A DNA stretch of 64,000 nucleotides from Opitutales bacterium (GCA_965226885.1 CBDDEL010000017.1:544001-608000); one strand, 5' to 3'; positions 1 to 10,892 are shown, counted from the first letter of the stretch. Numbers and translations: made by a program. Notes: generated by a model not told the origin, from the letters alone.

Positions 1-37
1 AACCTTAACCTATAGCAGGAAGCAGGAACAAGAAAAA

Positions 38-337
38 ATGCCCATATATGTTTACCAGGTAGTCACCACAGACGGCAGCGAAGGGGAAACTTTCGAGTTG
101 GATCAAAGCATGAAAGAAGCTGTCCTGACCCGGCATCCGGTAACCGGACAGCCCGTAAAGAAAGTTTATCTGCCCCCAAACATATCTACCAAACACACGC
201 CCGGCAAAACAAAAAGTCTCATTGAAACCAAGAATGTTGAAAAGGCTGGGTTTACAAAATACGAGAGGGATAAATTAACCGGAAGATATCACAAAGTGGC
301 CGGAAAAGAAGGCCCCAGCACTTTTACCCGGCAATAA
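38..337 (+). CDS. FmdB-like putative regulatory protein, Cys-less variant
   Basis: MPIYVYQ...FELDQSM...LTRHP..G.PVKKV pattern of the FmdB family. The CxxC pairs are absent. Confidence 0.7.
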   Translation: MPIYVYQVVTTDGSEGETFELDQSMKEAVLTRHPVTGQPVKKVYLPPNISTKHTPGKTKSLIETKNVEKAGFTKYERDKLTGRYHKVAGKEGPSTFTRQ

Positions 338-360
338 GGATTTTCCGAATTCCCGTGTCC

Positions 361-738
361 TTATTTCTGAGTCCATTCGCCTGCTTTGCTTTGCAGCCAG
401 ACTCCCTTTACGGATCGTTCCGCCAACATGCCAGCCCGATGCTGGCCAACCAGTTCTGCCGTGGTGTAGGTTTTGATCGCAATAATTGAATAAATGGTTT
501 TTCGGTCACCATTTTCAGCCGCAACCAGGACAGCCTGTGCGGGGGTCAGATCCTTTCTAACCATCAGGTAGCCGATATTGTTTTCTCCCACATGTCCCGA
601 TAACTTGAGGGCATCCAGGGTCGGTAAACGCTCGCTCATGCGCCTGCGGACAGTTATATCCTCCGTTGCCGTTAAGGAAAGCGAGAGCAAAATCAAACCG
701 GCCAGGAAAAAGACCGCCGTTTTAAAAGATTTTTTCAT
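361..738 (-). CDS. YdbL/DUF1318 family exported protein
   Basis: Signal peptide, then G.VGENN.GYL, V.AEN.DRK.IY..IA and G.W.Q...G.W..K motifs. Confidence 0.8.
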   Translation of the reverse strand: MKKSFKTAVFFLAGLILLSLSLTATEDITVRRRMSERLPTLDALKLSGHVGENNIGYLMVRKDLTPAQAVLVAAENGDRKTIYSIIAIKTYTTAELVGQHRAGMLAERSVKGVWLQSKAGEWTQK

Positions 739-746
739 GACTTGTT

Positions 747-941
747 TTACTCCAATTCGCTGGTCGTATGCAGGGTAATCGATTCCTCATCCAACGGGTT
801 GAAAAATTCTTCCAGGAAACCATCTATATAACCGGATAAATCGGCTTGTTTATTCTTTTTACCTCCCAAAATCGGAAAGCAACCTGTAAAAATCAAAATG
901 GCGCCTAGCAAGGCCCACACCGCAAATTTCCGTAATTTCAT
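747..941 (-). CDS. Small lipoprotein, positionally equivalent to YnbE
   Basis: Lipobox IFTGC after a hydrophobic stretch. Lies between the YdbH-like and YdbL-like genes. Confidence 0.55.
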   Translation of the reverse strand: MKLRKFAVWALLGAILIFTGCFPILGGKKNKQADLSGYIDGFLEEFFNPLDEESITLHTTSELE

Positions 942-1009
942 AACTCAAACAATATTTAAACGTTCCGAATTTCTTTTATTTAATGGCGGCTTTGGCAAGC
1001 ACAAGTGTA

Positions 1010-2152
1010 TCATAAAGTCGATTTTTGAATTTGGGGTAGGAAAAGGGCTTCGATTTGATGGACCCACCTGCGTAGGATTTTCACATTCTCTGACTGTGGC
1101 AAAGCAAGCTCAAAATCGACTTGGCCATCTCCCGATGCGGGTTTTCCCGCCACCCGCACTACTATTGTTTTGAGATTTTTTTGCGGATCTGAAAGCTCAA
1201 TTTCCAGGGACTGTAGTAAAATATCCGCCAGGTAATCTTGAGCCTGTTTCATTTCCAGAAATTCGGCCGAATCCAGGGCTAGGCCCTCTGACAGCCCGTC
1301 ACCCGGAGAATATCGGAGTCTTGCCACCTGTTCGCCATCCAATTCAAAATATCCTTTCAACAAATGCACGTCTTCCCTCACAATTTGAAACTCCAGAATT
1401 CCCTCCAGGAATCCCTCCGCCTCTCCCTCAAATCTAGATAATTCCCGCGCTGCCTCTTGCAACGGAAGCCCAGAAAATTTCAAGGACAGGATGAAATCAG
1501 GATTTCCCGGTACATAAGCAAAGGGTTCGCATTCAAACCTGCCGCCCAGGATATTTCCCGATAGGCGACTCACCTCAAAAATGCCACTTTGTTCAACTGC
1601 AAACTCGACCTCCACATCTTCTATTTGTAAATCGCCTAGATTGAAAATGCTGATAATTACACTTTGGGCCGGACCAATCTCGGCCATTCCACCTGCGGCT
1701 GGCCCCCTTATCTCCCCGTAAACCTGTTCCAATACAATCCCCTCCGTTGAATCTTCTGATAATTTCAGGTAGGGTATCGCAAATTCCAATTGATCCAAAG
1801 CCCCCAGCACTTCGACATCGAAAGGTTCAACCCGGTGTCCCAGAAAATTCACCTCCTCCAAATTAAGCGAGACTTGAACCGATACCTCATCGGAATCTTC
1901 TCTCCCGACATCCAATTCCATCAAGGCCCCGGCCCGCCCGTGCAGCCATTCCCCGTGGGAAAAAGCCGCTTCAGAGACCTCGCCGCGCAAGATTTCATCC
2001 TGTCCCCGGTGAAAGACATAATCAAAAGGCCCCAGTGACCATGACCGCCAATCCAACAATTCGGCATGGCCCGAAAGGGCGGCCTCGAAATGATCCGTCT
2101 TGAAATTTTTGCGCAACCCAATGTTCATCTCCTCGTTGATGAAAAGCCCGTC
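1010..2152 (-). pseudogene. YdbH/AsmA-like intermembrane lipid transport protein, 3' part only (truncated by IS3)
   Basis: Beta-rich sequence with LLGG..EPF / LSGLPL / G.LEG.L pattern, upstream of YdbL. The first 15 aa of the track ORF come from the IS3 end. Confidence 0.65.
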
Positions 2153-3480
2153 TGACGTGTACTGGATTTGTTGGACACGGGATTCTCTTATATTCATTGT
2201 TTATTGATTAGTGTGTCAGGCGGCTTGTTTTGGTAAAGGGTTTTGTTTTCTCGTTGCCCCCCATGGGGGGCAAATATTTTCCTCGAATTGGACTGGGCTT
2301 TGGTAACTCAGAGAGGAATGTTTGCGATATCGGTTGTAGAAGATTTCCACGTATTCGAAGACAGTTGATCGCAGTTCGCGCTCGTCGGCAAAGTGGCGGC
2401 CTCGAATCGTGCTGGTCTTGAAGCGGCCGTAGAACGATTCCATGGCCGCGTTGTCGTAGCAGTTGCCTTGGGCGCTCATGCTCGGCTTCATGCCTAGTTC
2501 AGAGACCAGCCTCTGATAGTCGTCGCTGCCGTAGGGGCTGCCCCGATCGCTGTGATGAATAATCCCGGTGCGCAGTGTGCCGCGGGTCATGGCCGCGGCT
2601 TTGAGGGCCTTGCCAACCAGCTTCGCGTCGTTGTGGTTGGAAACGCTCCAGCCCAGCAGGCGTCGGCTGAACAGGTCCATCACCGTGGCCAAGTACATCC
2701 AACCGGCCAGGGTCCGTAGGTAGGTCGTGTCCGCCACCCAGACCTCGTCGATATGGGTCGGCTGGCCATGCTTTTTAAGCACATTGGGGCTGTAACCATA
2801 GGGATGGTTACTGTTGGTTTTTAATGGCTTAAAGCGTTTACTCTGGGTGCTTTTGATTCCCATTTCACGCATCAGACGCAGAGCCCGGTCACGGCCGCAA
2901 TCGATGCCCTCATCATCCTTCAGATGGCGGTGCATTGGCCGATGCCCATAGCGGCCCTTGGCCTCTTTGTGTACCTTCAGGATCGCCCCCTTGATTCCCT
3001 CGTCCTCGATCCGCCGGGCCGAGGGCGCTCGGTGCCTCCAGCAGTAATAGCCACTGCGACAAATCCCCATCGCCGAGCATATTTCCTCGATCTTGAAGCG
3101 CCCCTCGTTGTCTTTGACAAACTGGTACTTCATTGTTCGTCCTTGGCAAAGTAGCCCACCGTTTTTTTTAGTATCTGGTTGATCCGCTCCGAGCGGCGCA
3201 GCTCTTTGCGAAGACGATCTATCTCGGCCGCCATCTCCTTCGGACTGCTCTGTCGCTTTGAGGTGGCTTCGCCCTGCTGATCGTCCAGATAGAGCCTCTT
3301 CCACCTATACAATTGGTTGGTGTTGACCCCAAGTTTGGTCGATACCTCGGTGGCGCTCAGACCATCGAGTATCATCAGTTGAACTGCCTCATTTTTGAAC
3401 TCTATACTAAAGCGTCTTCTTCCCATGCTTCGATTCTCCATTTAGGAGAATCTCGTGTCCACTTTTTCCAGTGCACATCA
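2153..3480 (-). mobile_element. IS3-family element copy 1 (1328 bp), no TSD
   Basis: Ends TGACGTGTACTGG and CCAGTGCACATCA. Flanks gtc and gct differ. Confidence 0.95.
2216..3441 (-). CDS. IS3 transposase: orfA 3130-3441, orfB 2216-3133, -1 frameshift fusion
   Basis: HTH orfA. rve DDE motifs WVADTTY, HHSDRGS, CYDNAAMESF. A8C slippery run and ATGA overlap. Confidence 0.93.
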
Positions 3481-3708
3481 GCTACAGTTGACAAGGGTAA
3501 AAGGCCGCCGTGTGCGGGTTGATTTCAAGGGCGGAGAGGTTACTTCGGATGCCGGACTGCTTTTGATCCGGGAAGTGGATCGGCAGTTGGGCTTGACCGA
3601 ACGAGCGGCCCGACAGTTAGTGGACAAACGGCAGAAGGGCAAAGTACGCCATGAGGTATTGGGGATGCTGCGGCAGCGCGTTTACGGGCTGGTGGCGGGC
3701 TATGAGGA

Positions 3709-3752
3709 TTTGAACGACTTTGATACCCTGTTTGAACGACTTTGATACCCTG
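3709..3752. repeat. 22-bp tandem duplication tttgaacgactttgataccctg x2
   Basis: Single in all other IS1380 copies. Frameshifts this transposase. Confidence 0.95.
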
Positions 3753-4219
3753 CGCCACGATCCATTGTTGCAAACGGTAACGGGGCGCATTGAAACGTTG
3801 GCCAGCGCGCCGACTTTGTGTCGTTTTGAAAACGGGCAGGATCGGCGGGCGGCCTTTGCGGTAAACGAGCTGTTGGTCGAACAGTTCATGGGCTCCTTTG
3901 CCGAGGAACCCGAAGAGATCATCCTGGACTTTGACGCCACCGACAATCCGGTGCACGGGCTCCAGGAGGGACGTTTTTTCCACGGTTATTATGATCATTA
4001 CTGTTTTCTGCCGCTATATGTTTTTTGCGGTGATCAGCTGCTGGTGGCCTACCTGCGGCCGAGCAAGATCGATGCCAGCAAGCATGCCGGGGCCATCCTC
4101 AAATTGCTGGTTAAACGGATTCGCCAAAGCTGGCCCCGTACGCGGATTATTTGGCGCGCCGACAGTGGATTTTGTCGAGACCGGATACTCTCTTGGTGCG
4201 ACCGCAACGAAGTTAGTTA

Positions 4220-5333
4220 TTAATCCGGCAAATAAATAGTGACATATCAATAACTTATGCTAAAGTAGGTTCATGAATAGGAATGATGCGCGTTCACTAA
4301 GCGAAGAGACTATATATGAGCTGAGGTGTCGGGCGGTGGATCTGAAAAGAGAGGGTTGCACTTATGAAGAGGTTTCCGTGGTTTTAAAGGTATCGATCAG
4401 CGCTGTGCGCAAATGGTGGGCCCTTTACCGAAATGGAGGGCCAAAAGCCCTGCGGCTTGGACAACGGGGTCGTCGGCAGGGCCAATGTCGAAGATTGAGC
4501 TCCCAACAAGAGCGCATGGTGTGCCGAATGATTACCGATAAGAGACCCGACCAGCTTAAGATGCCCTTTGCCCTGTGGACGCGCCAAGCGGTGCAAGAGT
4601 TGATTGAAAGGCAGTTTGCTTTGAAGATGCCGATCCGCACGGTGGGCGAGTATCTTCGCCGTTGGGGTTTCACTCCACAAAAACCTCGAAGACAAGCCTA
4701 TGAGCAGCAGCCTGAGGCGATTAAGAAGTGGCTTGATCAAACTTACCCGGCCATCGAAGCCAGAGCCAAAGCGCAACAGGCCCAAATCCACTGGGGAGAT
4801 GAAACCGGCATCAGTAGCGAAGATCATCGGGGAAGAGGTTATGCTCCGCGCGGTAAAACGCCAGTTGCCAAACGCAGTGCGCGTCGTTTTAGCACGAGCA
4901 TGATCTCGACTATAACCAACCGTGGAAAGCTGCGTTTCATGGTTTACAAGGGAGCCTTGAATGTGGAACTGTTTATCAAATTTCTGCGCCAGTTAATCAA
5001 AGGAGCCAAACGGAAAATCTTTCTCATTGTGGACAATCTGAGAGTGCATCATGCTAAAAAAGTAACCGGTTGGATTGAAGCCCACCGCGATAGGATCGGG
5101 ATTTTTTATCTACCATCTTACAGTCCCGAATTGAACCCCGATGAGTATTTGAATAACACGGTCAAAGCCAACTTGAAGAACCTGCCGGCCCCGCGCAGCC
5201 AAATTGAGTTGCAGGGAAGTCTGCGAACCCACCTGCGCAGCAGGCAACGAAAACCAATTTTGATTAAAAAACTCTTCCATCATCGGGATGTTCAATACGC
5301 CGCTTAACTGTTACTATTCAATTGCCGGATTAA
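4220..5333 (+). mobile_element. IS630-family element with TA duplication
   Basis: IRs ttaatccggcaa / ttgccggattaa. TA at 4218-4219 and 5334-5335. Removing it restores the IS1380 sequence. Confidence 0.95.
4273..5307 (+). CDS. IS630 transposase
   Basis: WGDETG, LIVDNLRVH and LPSYSPELNPDE motifs. Confidence 0.95.
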   Translation: MNRNDARSLSEETIYELRCRAVDLKREGCTYEEVSVVLKVSISAVRKWWALYRNGGPKALRLGQRGRRQGQCRRLSSQQERMVCRMITDKRPDQLKMPFALWTRQAVQELIERQFALKMPIRTVGEYLRRWGFTPQKPRRQAYEQQPEAIKKWLDQTYPAIEARAKAQQAQIHWGDETGISSEDHRGRGYAPRGKTPVAKRSARRFSTSMISTITNRGKLRFMVYKGALNVELFIKFLRQLIKGAKRKIFLIVDNLRVHHAKKVTGWIEAHRDRIGIFYLPSYSPELNPDEYLNNTVKANLKNLPAPRSQIELQGSLRTHLRSRQRKPILIKKLFHHRDVQYAA

Positions 5334-5910
5334 TACATCGTGGGGATGGCTCGCAATGCACGCTTGCAGCAAGACGCCCAGCAGTTGCAAAAGCAGGCCA
5401 AAGAATGGTTCGAACTAAGGGGTAAAAAACAACGGTTATTCCAGGACTTCGTCTATGCTGCCGATTCGTGGCGATGGCTGCGGTTGGTCATCCATAAAGC
5501 CGAACACACCGCACAGGGGTCCAACCCGCGCTTCGTGGTGACGAACCTGCCGGGCGATCCCCAGGAGCTTTACGACAAGGTATACTGTGGCCGCGGTGAA
5601 ATGGAGAACCGAATCAAGGAACAGATGCAATTGTTCAGCGAGCGCACCAGCGCCCATCAATGGTGGGCCAATCAGTGGCGATTGCTCTTGTCGGCGCTGG
5701 CCTACACCTTGATGGAAGCCATGCGCCGGTTAGCCTTAAAAGGGACGAAGTGGGCGCGGGCCCAATGCCACACCCTGCGGCTCAAATTAATCAAGATCGG
5801 AGCGGTCATCGTGCGCAACACCCGAACGATTCACTTTCACCTAAGTGAGAGTTATCCTTGGGCCAGTCTTTTCAACCATGCGGCCCGCCGATTGGTGCCA
5901 ACCTAAAGGG

Positions 5911-7238
5911 TGATGTGCACTGGAAAAAGTGGACACGAGATTCTCCTAAATGGAGAATCGAAGCATGGGAAGAAGACGCTTTAGTATAGAGTTCAAAAAT
6001 GAGGCAGTTCAACTGATGATACTCGATGGTCTGAGCGCCACCGAGGTATCGACCAAACTTGGGGTCAACACCAACCAATTGTATAGGTGGAAGAGGCTCT
6101 ATCTGGACGATCAGCAGGGCGAAGCCACCTCAAAGCGACAGAGCAGTCCGAAGGAGATGGCGGCCGAGATAGATCGTCTTCGCAAAGAGCTGCGCCGCTC
6201 GGAGCGGATCAACCAGATACTAAAAAAAACGGTGGGCTACTTTGCCAAGGACGAACAATGAAGTACCAGTTTGTCAAAGACAACGAGGGGCGCTTCAAGA
6301 TCGAGGAAATATGCTCGGCGATGGGGATTTGTCGCAGTGGCTATTACTGCTGGAGGCACCGAGCGCCCTCGGCCCGGCGGATCGAGGACGAGGGAATCAA
6401 GGGGGCGATCCTGAAGGTACACAAAGAGGCCAAGGGCCGCTATGGGCATCGGCCAATGCACCGCCATCTGAAGGATGATGAGGGCATCGATTGCGGCCGT
6501 GACCGGGCTCTGCGTCTGATGCGTGAAATGGGAATCAAAAGCACCCAGAGTAAACGCTTTAAGCCATTAAAAACCAACAGTAACCATCCCTATGGTTACA
6601 GCCCCAATGTGCTTAAAAAGCATGGCCAGCCGACCCATATCGACGAGGTCTGGGTGGCGGACACGACCTACCTACGGACCCTGGCCGGTTGGATGTACTT
6701 GGCCACGGTGATGGACCTGTTCAGCCGACGCCTGCTGGGCTGGAGCGTTTCCAACCACAACGACGCGAAGCTGGTTGGCAAGGCCCTCAAAGCCGCGGCC
6801 ATGACCCGCGGCACACTGCGCACCGGGATTATTCATCACAGCGATCGGGGCAGCCCCTACGCCAGCGACGACTATCAGAGGCTGGTCTCTGAACTAGGCA
6901 TGAAGCCGAGCATGAGCGGCCAAGGCAACTGCTACGACAACGCGGCCATGGAATCGTTCTACGGCCGCTTCAAGACCAGCACGATTCGAGGCCGCCACTT
7001 TGCCGACGAGCGCGAACTGCGATCAACTGTCTTCGAATACGTGGAAATCTTCTACAACCGATATCGCAAACATTCCTCTCTGAGTTACCAAAGCCCAGTC
7101 CAATTCGAGGAAAATATTTGCCCCCCATGGGGGGCAACGAGAAAACAAAACCCTTTACCAAAACAAGCCGCCTGACACACTAATCAATAAACAATGAATA
7201 TAAGAGAATCCCGTGTCCAACAAATCCAGTGCACATCA
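5911..7238 (+). mobile_element. IS3-family element copy 2, no TSD, hybrid right end
   Basis: Starts TGATGTGCACTGG and ends caaatccagtGCACATCA. Flanks ggg / ttc. Confidence 0.95.
5950..7175 (+). CDS. IS3 transposase: orfA 5950-6261, orfB 6258-7175
   Basis: Same motifs as copy 1. Confidence 0.93.
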
Positions 7239-7586
7239 TTCGCGTTTTACCCAGGCATCGAAACTAAAATCAATATCGCCAAACTGCAACAGTGACTCGC
7301 TTACCCTCGACAACCACTCCGTATTGCCAATTTCAATATCCGCCGCCAGACCATACACCTTGCCTGTTGCGCTAGGCACCGTGTCGTTGTCCGTAAGGGT
7401 CAAACCATTGGTATGACTATCAGCCCTGTTTCCACTGGACTCATCCAGCTTCCAATGGGCAATCAAGTTGTTAAGCAACCCATTACCAACACTTTCTTCC
7501 ACGGCTTTCTTCCTTCTCAGAAACCCCATCCCATAATGGGGTGAAGAAACCGGAATAACCGTTCGACTGGCAAGACCTCCAAGCAT
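7239..7586 (-). pseudogene. LamG/concanavalin-A-like domain protein, truncated by IS3
   Basis: LIAHWKLDESSG...DS and DFSFDAWVK motifs. The stop codon is supplied by the IS end. Confidence 0.65.
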
Positions 7587-7588
7587 GA

Positions 7589-8008
7589 TTAGAAATCCTC
7601 TCCCAGGGCCACTGCGTAAAGTGTTTTAGCGGCCGTAACCGCCGCCAATGCCGCAACTTTAAGAGAGTGCCCCGTTTTCAACATAATATACGGATTTCCC
7701 GCGCTATCTATAGGCAAGTGAGGCAAATCTGTTGCGTTCATCCCATTCACTCCGGGTATGCTCGCCGCAAACCCAGATGTAATAGGGACATTGACGATTC
7801 CAATAACGGTATCGTTGCTTCCATCGTTAAGGATAACCTGCACATTGACGGCTGCGCTGTCATCGGTAGTCAGCGCAATGCCCGTTATTTTCGTATCGTC
7901 GGCGCCAGCCGAAATGAGTGATTTTGCCGTTGTGCCATCCGCGTTGACAATCGTCGCCCGTGCGATGTTGGCATTTTGTGTAAATACAGCTTCGTTAGTT
8001 TTAGCCAT
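7589..8008 (-). CDS. Hypothetical phage-structural-like beta protein
   Basis: 139 aa, Ala/Thr/Val-rich, tightly packed in the tail-like cluster. Confidence 0.55.
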   Translation of the reverse strand: MAKTNEAVFTQNANIARATIVNADGTTAKSLISAGADDTKITGIALTTDDSAAVNVQVILNDGSNDTVIGIVNVPITSGFAASIPGVNGMNATDLPHLPIDSAGNPYIMLKTGHSLKVAALAAVTAAKTLYAVALGEDF

Positions 8009-8015
8009 GATTTTT

Positions 8016-9821
8016 CTATATTGCTCCAGTTAGTGTTAAATGATAAGCAGACCGTAGCTTTCGGCCTTGGGCCGCGGTTAATTCCGTCCCCTGGGCAGTG
8101 ATCGCCTGCGCCACCCGCAGTGCCGTCCAGATCCGTTCATCGGTGGCCGTGCCCGCTTCCGCATCCGCCTGCGAGACCACCGCAGGATTTACCTCCGCGC
8201 CCGTCGCAATGCCGTCCAGTTTGGTTATCTGCGTAGCGGTTGCTAAACCCTTTTGAGCCGCCGTCGCGTCCTGAATGTCGGTAGTGTATAAAAAAAGAAT
8301 GTTATTTTGTATTTTTAGCTGTACAAATAGCGTTAGGCAGTTTATTCTTAGTGCATGGTTACTAAAATTATTAATTGGCGGCACTGTGGAAGTGAAAATA
8401 TCATTAAATTTGGCAAGACGCCCAACCATAAACAGCGCTACCGCTGCCATGATTGTGGTAAACAAAGCCGCGAAAACCCCACAGTGAAATACACCGAAGA
8501 GCAAAAAGAAATGATCCTTCGAGTCTATCAGGAACGCAGCAGTCTACGCGGTTTACAGCGCGCCTTCGGGGTGAGTCCCAACACCGGTTTGAGTTGGTTA
8601 AAAAAAACGACAATCGCTGCGACCGCTCAAAAGCACGATTCTTGCGGCCCGCCGCCATGATGTCATTGAACTGGACGAACTGTGGTCTTTTGTGGGGCGC
8701 AAGAGCGATGCCCAATGGGTTTGGATCGCTCTTTGCCGACGCACCCGTCAAATCCTCTCCTATGCCATTGGGCCTCGGGATTGGTATCGTTGCCGGGAAC
8801 TTTACGAGCGTCTGCCACGGGCCTACAAAAGATGTGCCACCTACAGCGACTTTTGGAGCACTTATGATGAAGTCTTTCCTCATAACCGATCCGTGGGAAA
8901 AGAAACCGGTGAAACGGCCCATGTGGAACGATGGAACAATACCCTGCGCCAACGACTGGGTCGTTTCACACGCAAAACCCTCTCCTTTTCCAAGCTTAAG
9001 AGTATGCATGAAACCTGTCTGAGACTTCTCATTCATCAATATAATCAAGAATTAGCCACCATTCCTACTTAATACACTACCTGAATGTCATCCGATCCAT
9101 CGGTATGGCTGGCGGCATGGGCGCTCGGCGCAAAAGCCGGGATGACGGCCACATCCAAATCCCCACTACCATCCAGCACGGGAATATCACCCGCCGAAGT
9201 CCCCGTATTCAGGGTTGCCGCCGTGCCCAGCCCCAGGTTCGTCCGAGCCGTGGCTGCGCTACCCAGATCGGACAGGTTTAAGGCTGCCTGGGCATAACGC
9301 GCATCGCTCTCAGCCGCCGTATAATAAACCTCCTGCGGCGGTGAAGGCGTCGTTGACAACCCCACCCCGTCCTCGGCCGCCACGATAGGGCCAGCCGCCA
9401 GGTTGATTGACCTGCCGGGTGAGTCACTCGTCGTCGCCCATAAACCCAACCACAAATTACCCGCTGCCACATTGGCCTCAGCGCCCGTAAAAGCGATAAC
9501 CCCATGCTGGTCGCTGCCAGCATTCCAGTCATCCAGGACAAGCCCGTTATTAAGCGCCCCGGAACTGATCGTTTTCGACATCAAGGCGGTATCGGCCGGG
9601 TCCGGCGGAGCCCCGTTTGCCCCCTCCGCCTTAATCTCCAGCGTTAAACTGGCAAAGTTCGATACCTCCATCAAGACGCCGTTGTTAAAAACCGCTATCT
9701 CGAATTGCAAGTCGTTCCCCCGCCAGAAAACCGGGGTAGCATTACTCTGTAAATCGCGCGGCCCGTCAAAACGGGCGGCGTCCCCCGCGATGCGAATTCT
9801 CTGTCGTGCCAGTGTCGTCAT
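8016..9821 (-). pseudogene. Tail-fibre/baseplate-like protein interrupted by IS1
   Basis: Removing IS1 and one TSD copy joins HTDGSDDIQ to DATAAQKGL in frame. Contains NLSDL..AATARTNLGLGTAAT and KLDGIATGA, motifs typical of tail fibres. Confidence 0.7.
8280..9081 (+). mobile_element. IS1-family element A (insA from 8355, insB to 9072, A8 frameshift site), 8-bp TSD tgaatgtc
   Basis: IRs GGTAGTGT / ACACTACC. ELDELWSF and HVERWNNTLRQ motifs. The first zinc-finger Cys appears as Trp (NWRHCG). Confidence 0.93.
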
Positions 9822-9917
9822 AATAAATTCAATTTTAAGATTTATTCGTAAGTTAAATTAAATTTTATCAATACAATCAGTGTTTAAAAAAATCCCCCAT
9901 CCAGCATCTTGCATCCA

Positions 9918-10388
9918 TCATCCCAGGTCGGTTAATGCAGGCAAAGTGCCCGAAGTAATAAACGTTAACTCGAACTCGTTGCGATTGCCCTCGTCCAGAT
10001 CTTGATCGACATCCCACGGGCTCGTTGCATCCAAAGCCAGCGCTGTCTCTATCTCCGGCAGCAATGGCGTCCACTGGTGCAATTGCCGCGAGACAATCTC
10101 CGCCAAACCCAATGCGCTTTGCCCCGACTCATTGACCAGAACATTCTCCACAATGCGCACTGGCACCTCGATTTCCGAAAAAGACAACCCCGGCGTGGCC
10201 ACCGCCACCTTCGAAGGCAGCGGCGGCAAAACAACCACGCAAATCCCCAAACCGGTAGTCACATTCTCCTCCAGCCGGCTCTCGAAATCGCTCGCCTGCC
10301 TCAGCAAAAGCGGAATCCCCCGCAGCTCAAGCTTGCGATTCAAACGATCCGCCACCGCCGCCTGTAAAGTCGTAAAAAACAAATTCAT
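9918..10388 (-). CDS. Hypothetical protein, possibly phage tail-terminator-like
   Basis: 156 aa with alpha/beta pattern, located between a gp36-like gene and the fibre gene. Confidence 0.45.
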   Translation of the reverse strand: MNLFFTTLQAAVADRLNRKLELRGIPLLLRQASDFESRLEENVTTGLGICVVVLPPLPSKVAVATPGLSFSEIEVPVRIVENVLVNESGQSALGLAEIVSRQLHQWTPLLPEIETALALDATSPWDVDQDLDEGNRNEFELTFITSGTLPALTDLG

Positions 10389-10503
10389 AATATCACCTAC
10401 AAAGAGTCGTTAATTGATTTTCAAATATTAATTCCAATGTTTTATGAAACAGGAAACTATCCCAATAAATTCATGTTTAAAAATTTCCCAATCCAGCATC
10501 CAG

Positions 10504-10892
10504 TCAAAGCCCTCGCAAACTTTTCCCACTCAATGGATTGCTCCGTGAGGCCACCACCTCGATTCGCCGCCCCTCTGCTCCGTGGGTGGCTCCTGCGGAT
10601 TATCCGGCGCGCTCACCGGCACCTCGCAACGGGCGATGCGCTGAAGATAGCTCCGCGCATGATCGGCCGCCCACTTCTGCCCCTCGGACAGTTTTAAGCC
10701 CGGCAGTCGCGTCTGCGCGGCCTTCACGATAAGGGCGATAGCCGTGCTCTTCAGCTCCGGCGGAAGGGCCCCCTCGGTGGCGCTCACCCGGTTGCTCGGG
10801 CAGCCCCGAATCTCCGTCCGGATGGCATCGACCTGCGCCGCAGCCAAATAATCATTCAAATCAACAGGTAATAAGGTAATCCAAGCAGTCAT
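10504..10892 (-). pseudogene. Mu gp36-like (head-tail adaptor) protein with a frameshifted C-terminus
   Basis: WITL...DL, LPPELKS.A..L and A..YL.RIA pattern. After a 1-nt shift near 10567 an alternative frame reads IEVVASRSNPLSGKSLRGL*. Confidence 0.5.

Larger units (their letters stand above)
3481..5910 (+). mobile_element. IS1380-family remnant lacking both ends, with a 22-bp duplication frameshift and a nested IS630
   Basis: Matches the full copies at 19834 and 29889 and is cut exactly at the IS3 ends. Confidence 0.93.

Noticed and set aside
2254..2273. 20-bp palindrome ttgccccccatggggggcaa as a dispersed repeat family
   Set aside because: It occurs only as part of the IS3 orfB 3' end in every copy.
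8016..8504. Independent membrane protein ORF
   Set aside because: The N-terminus is antisense IS1 sequence and the rest is the 3' half of the fibre-like gene.
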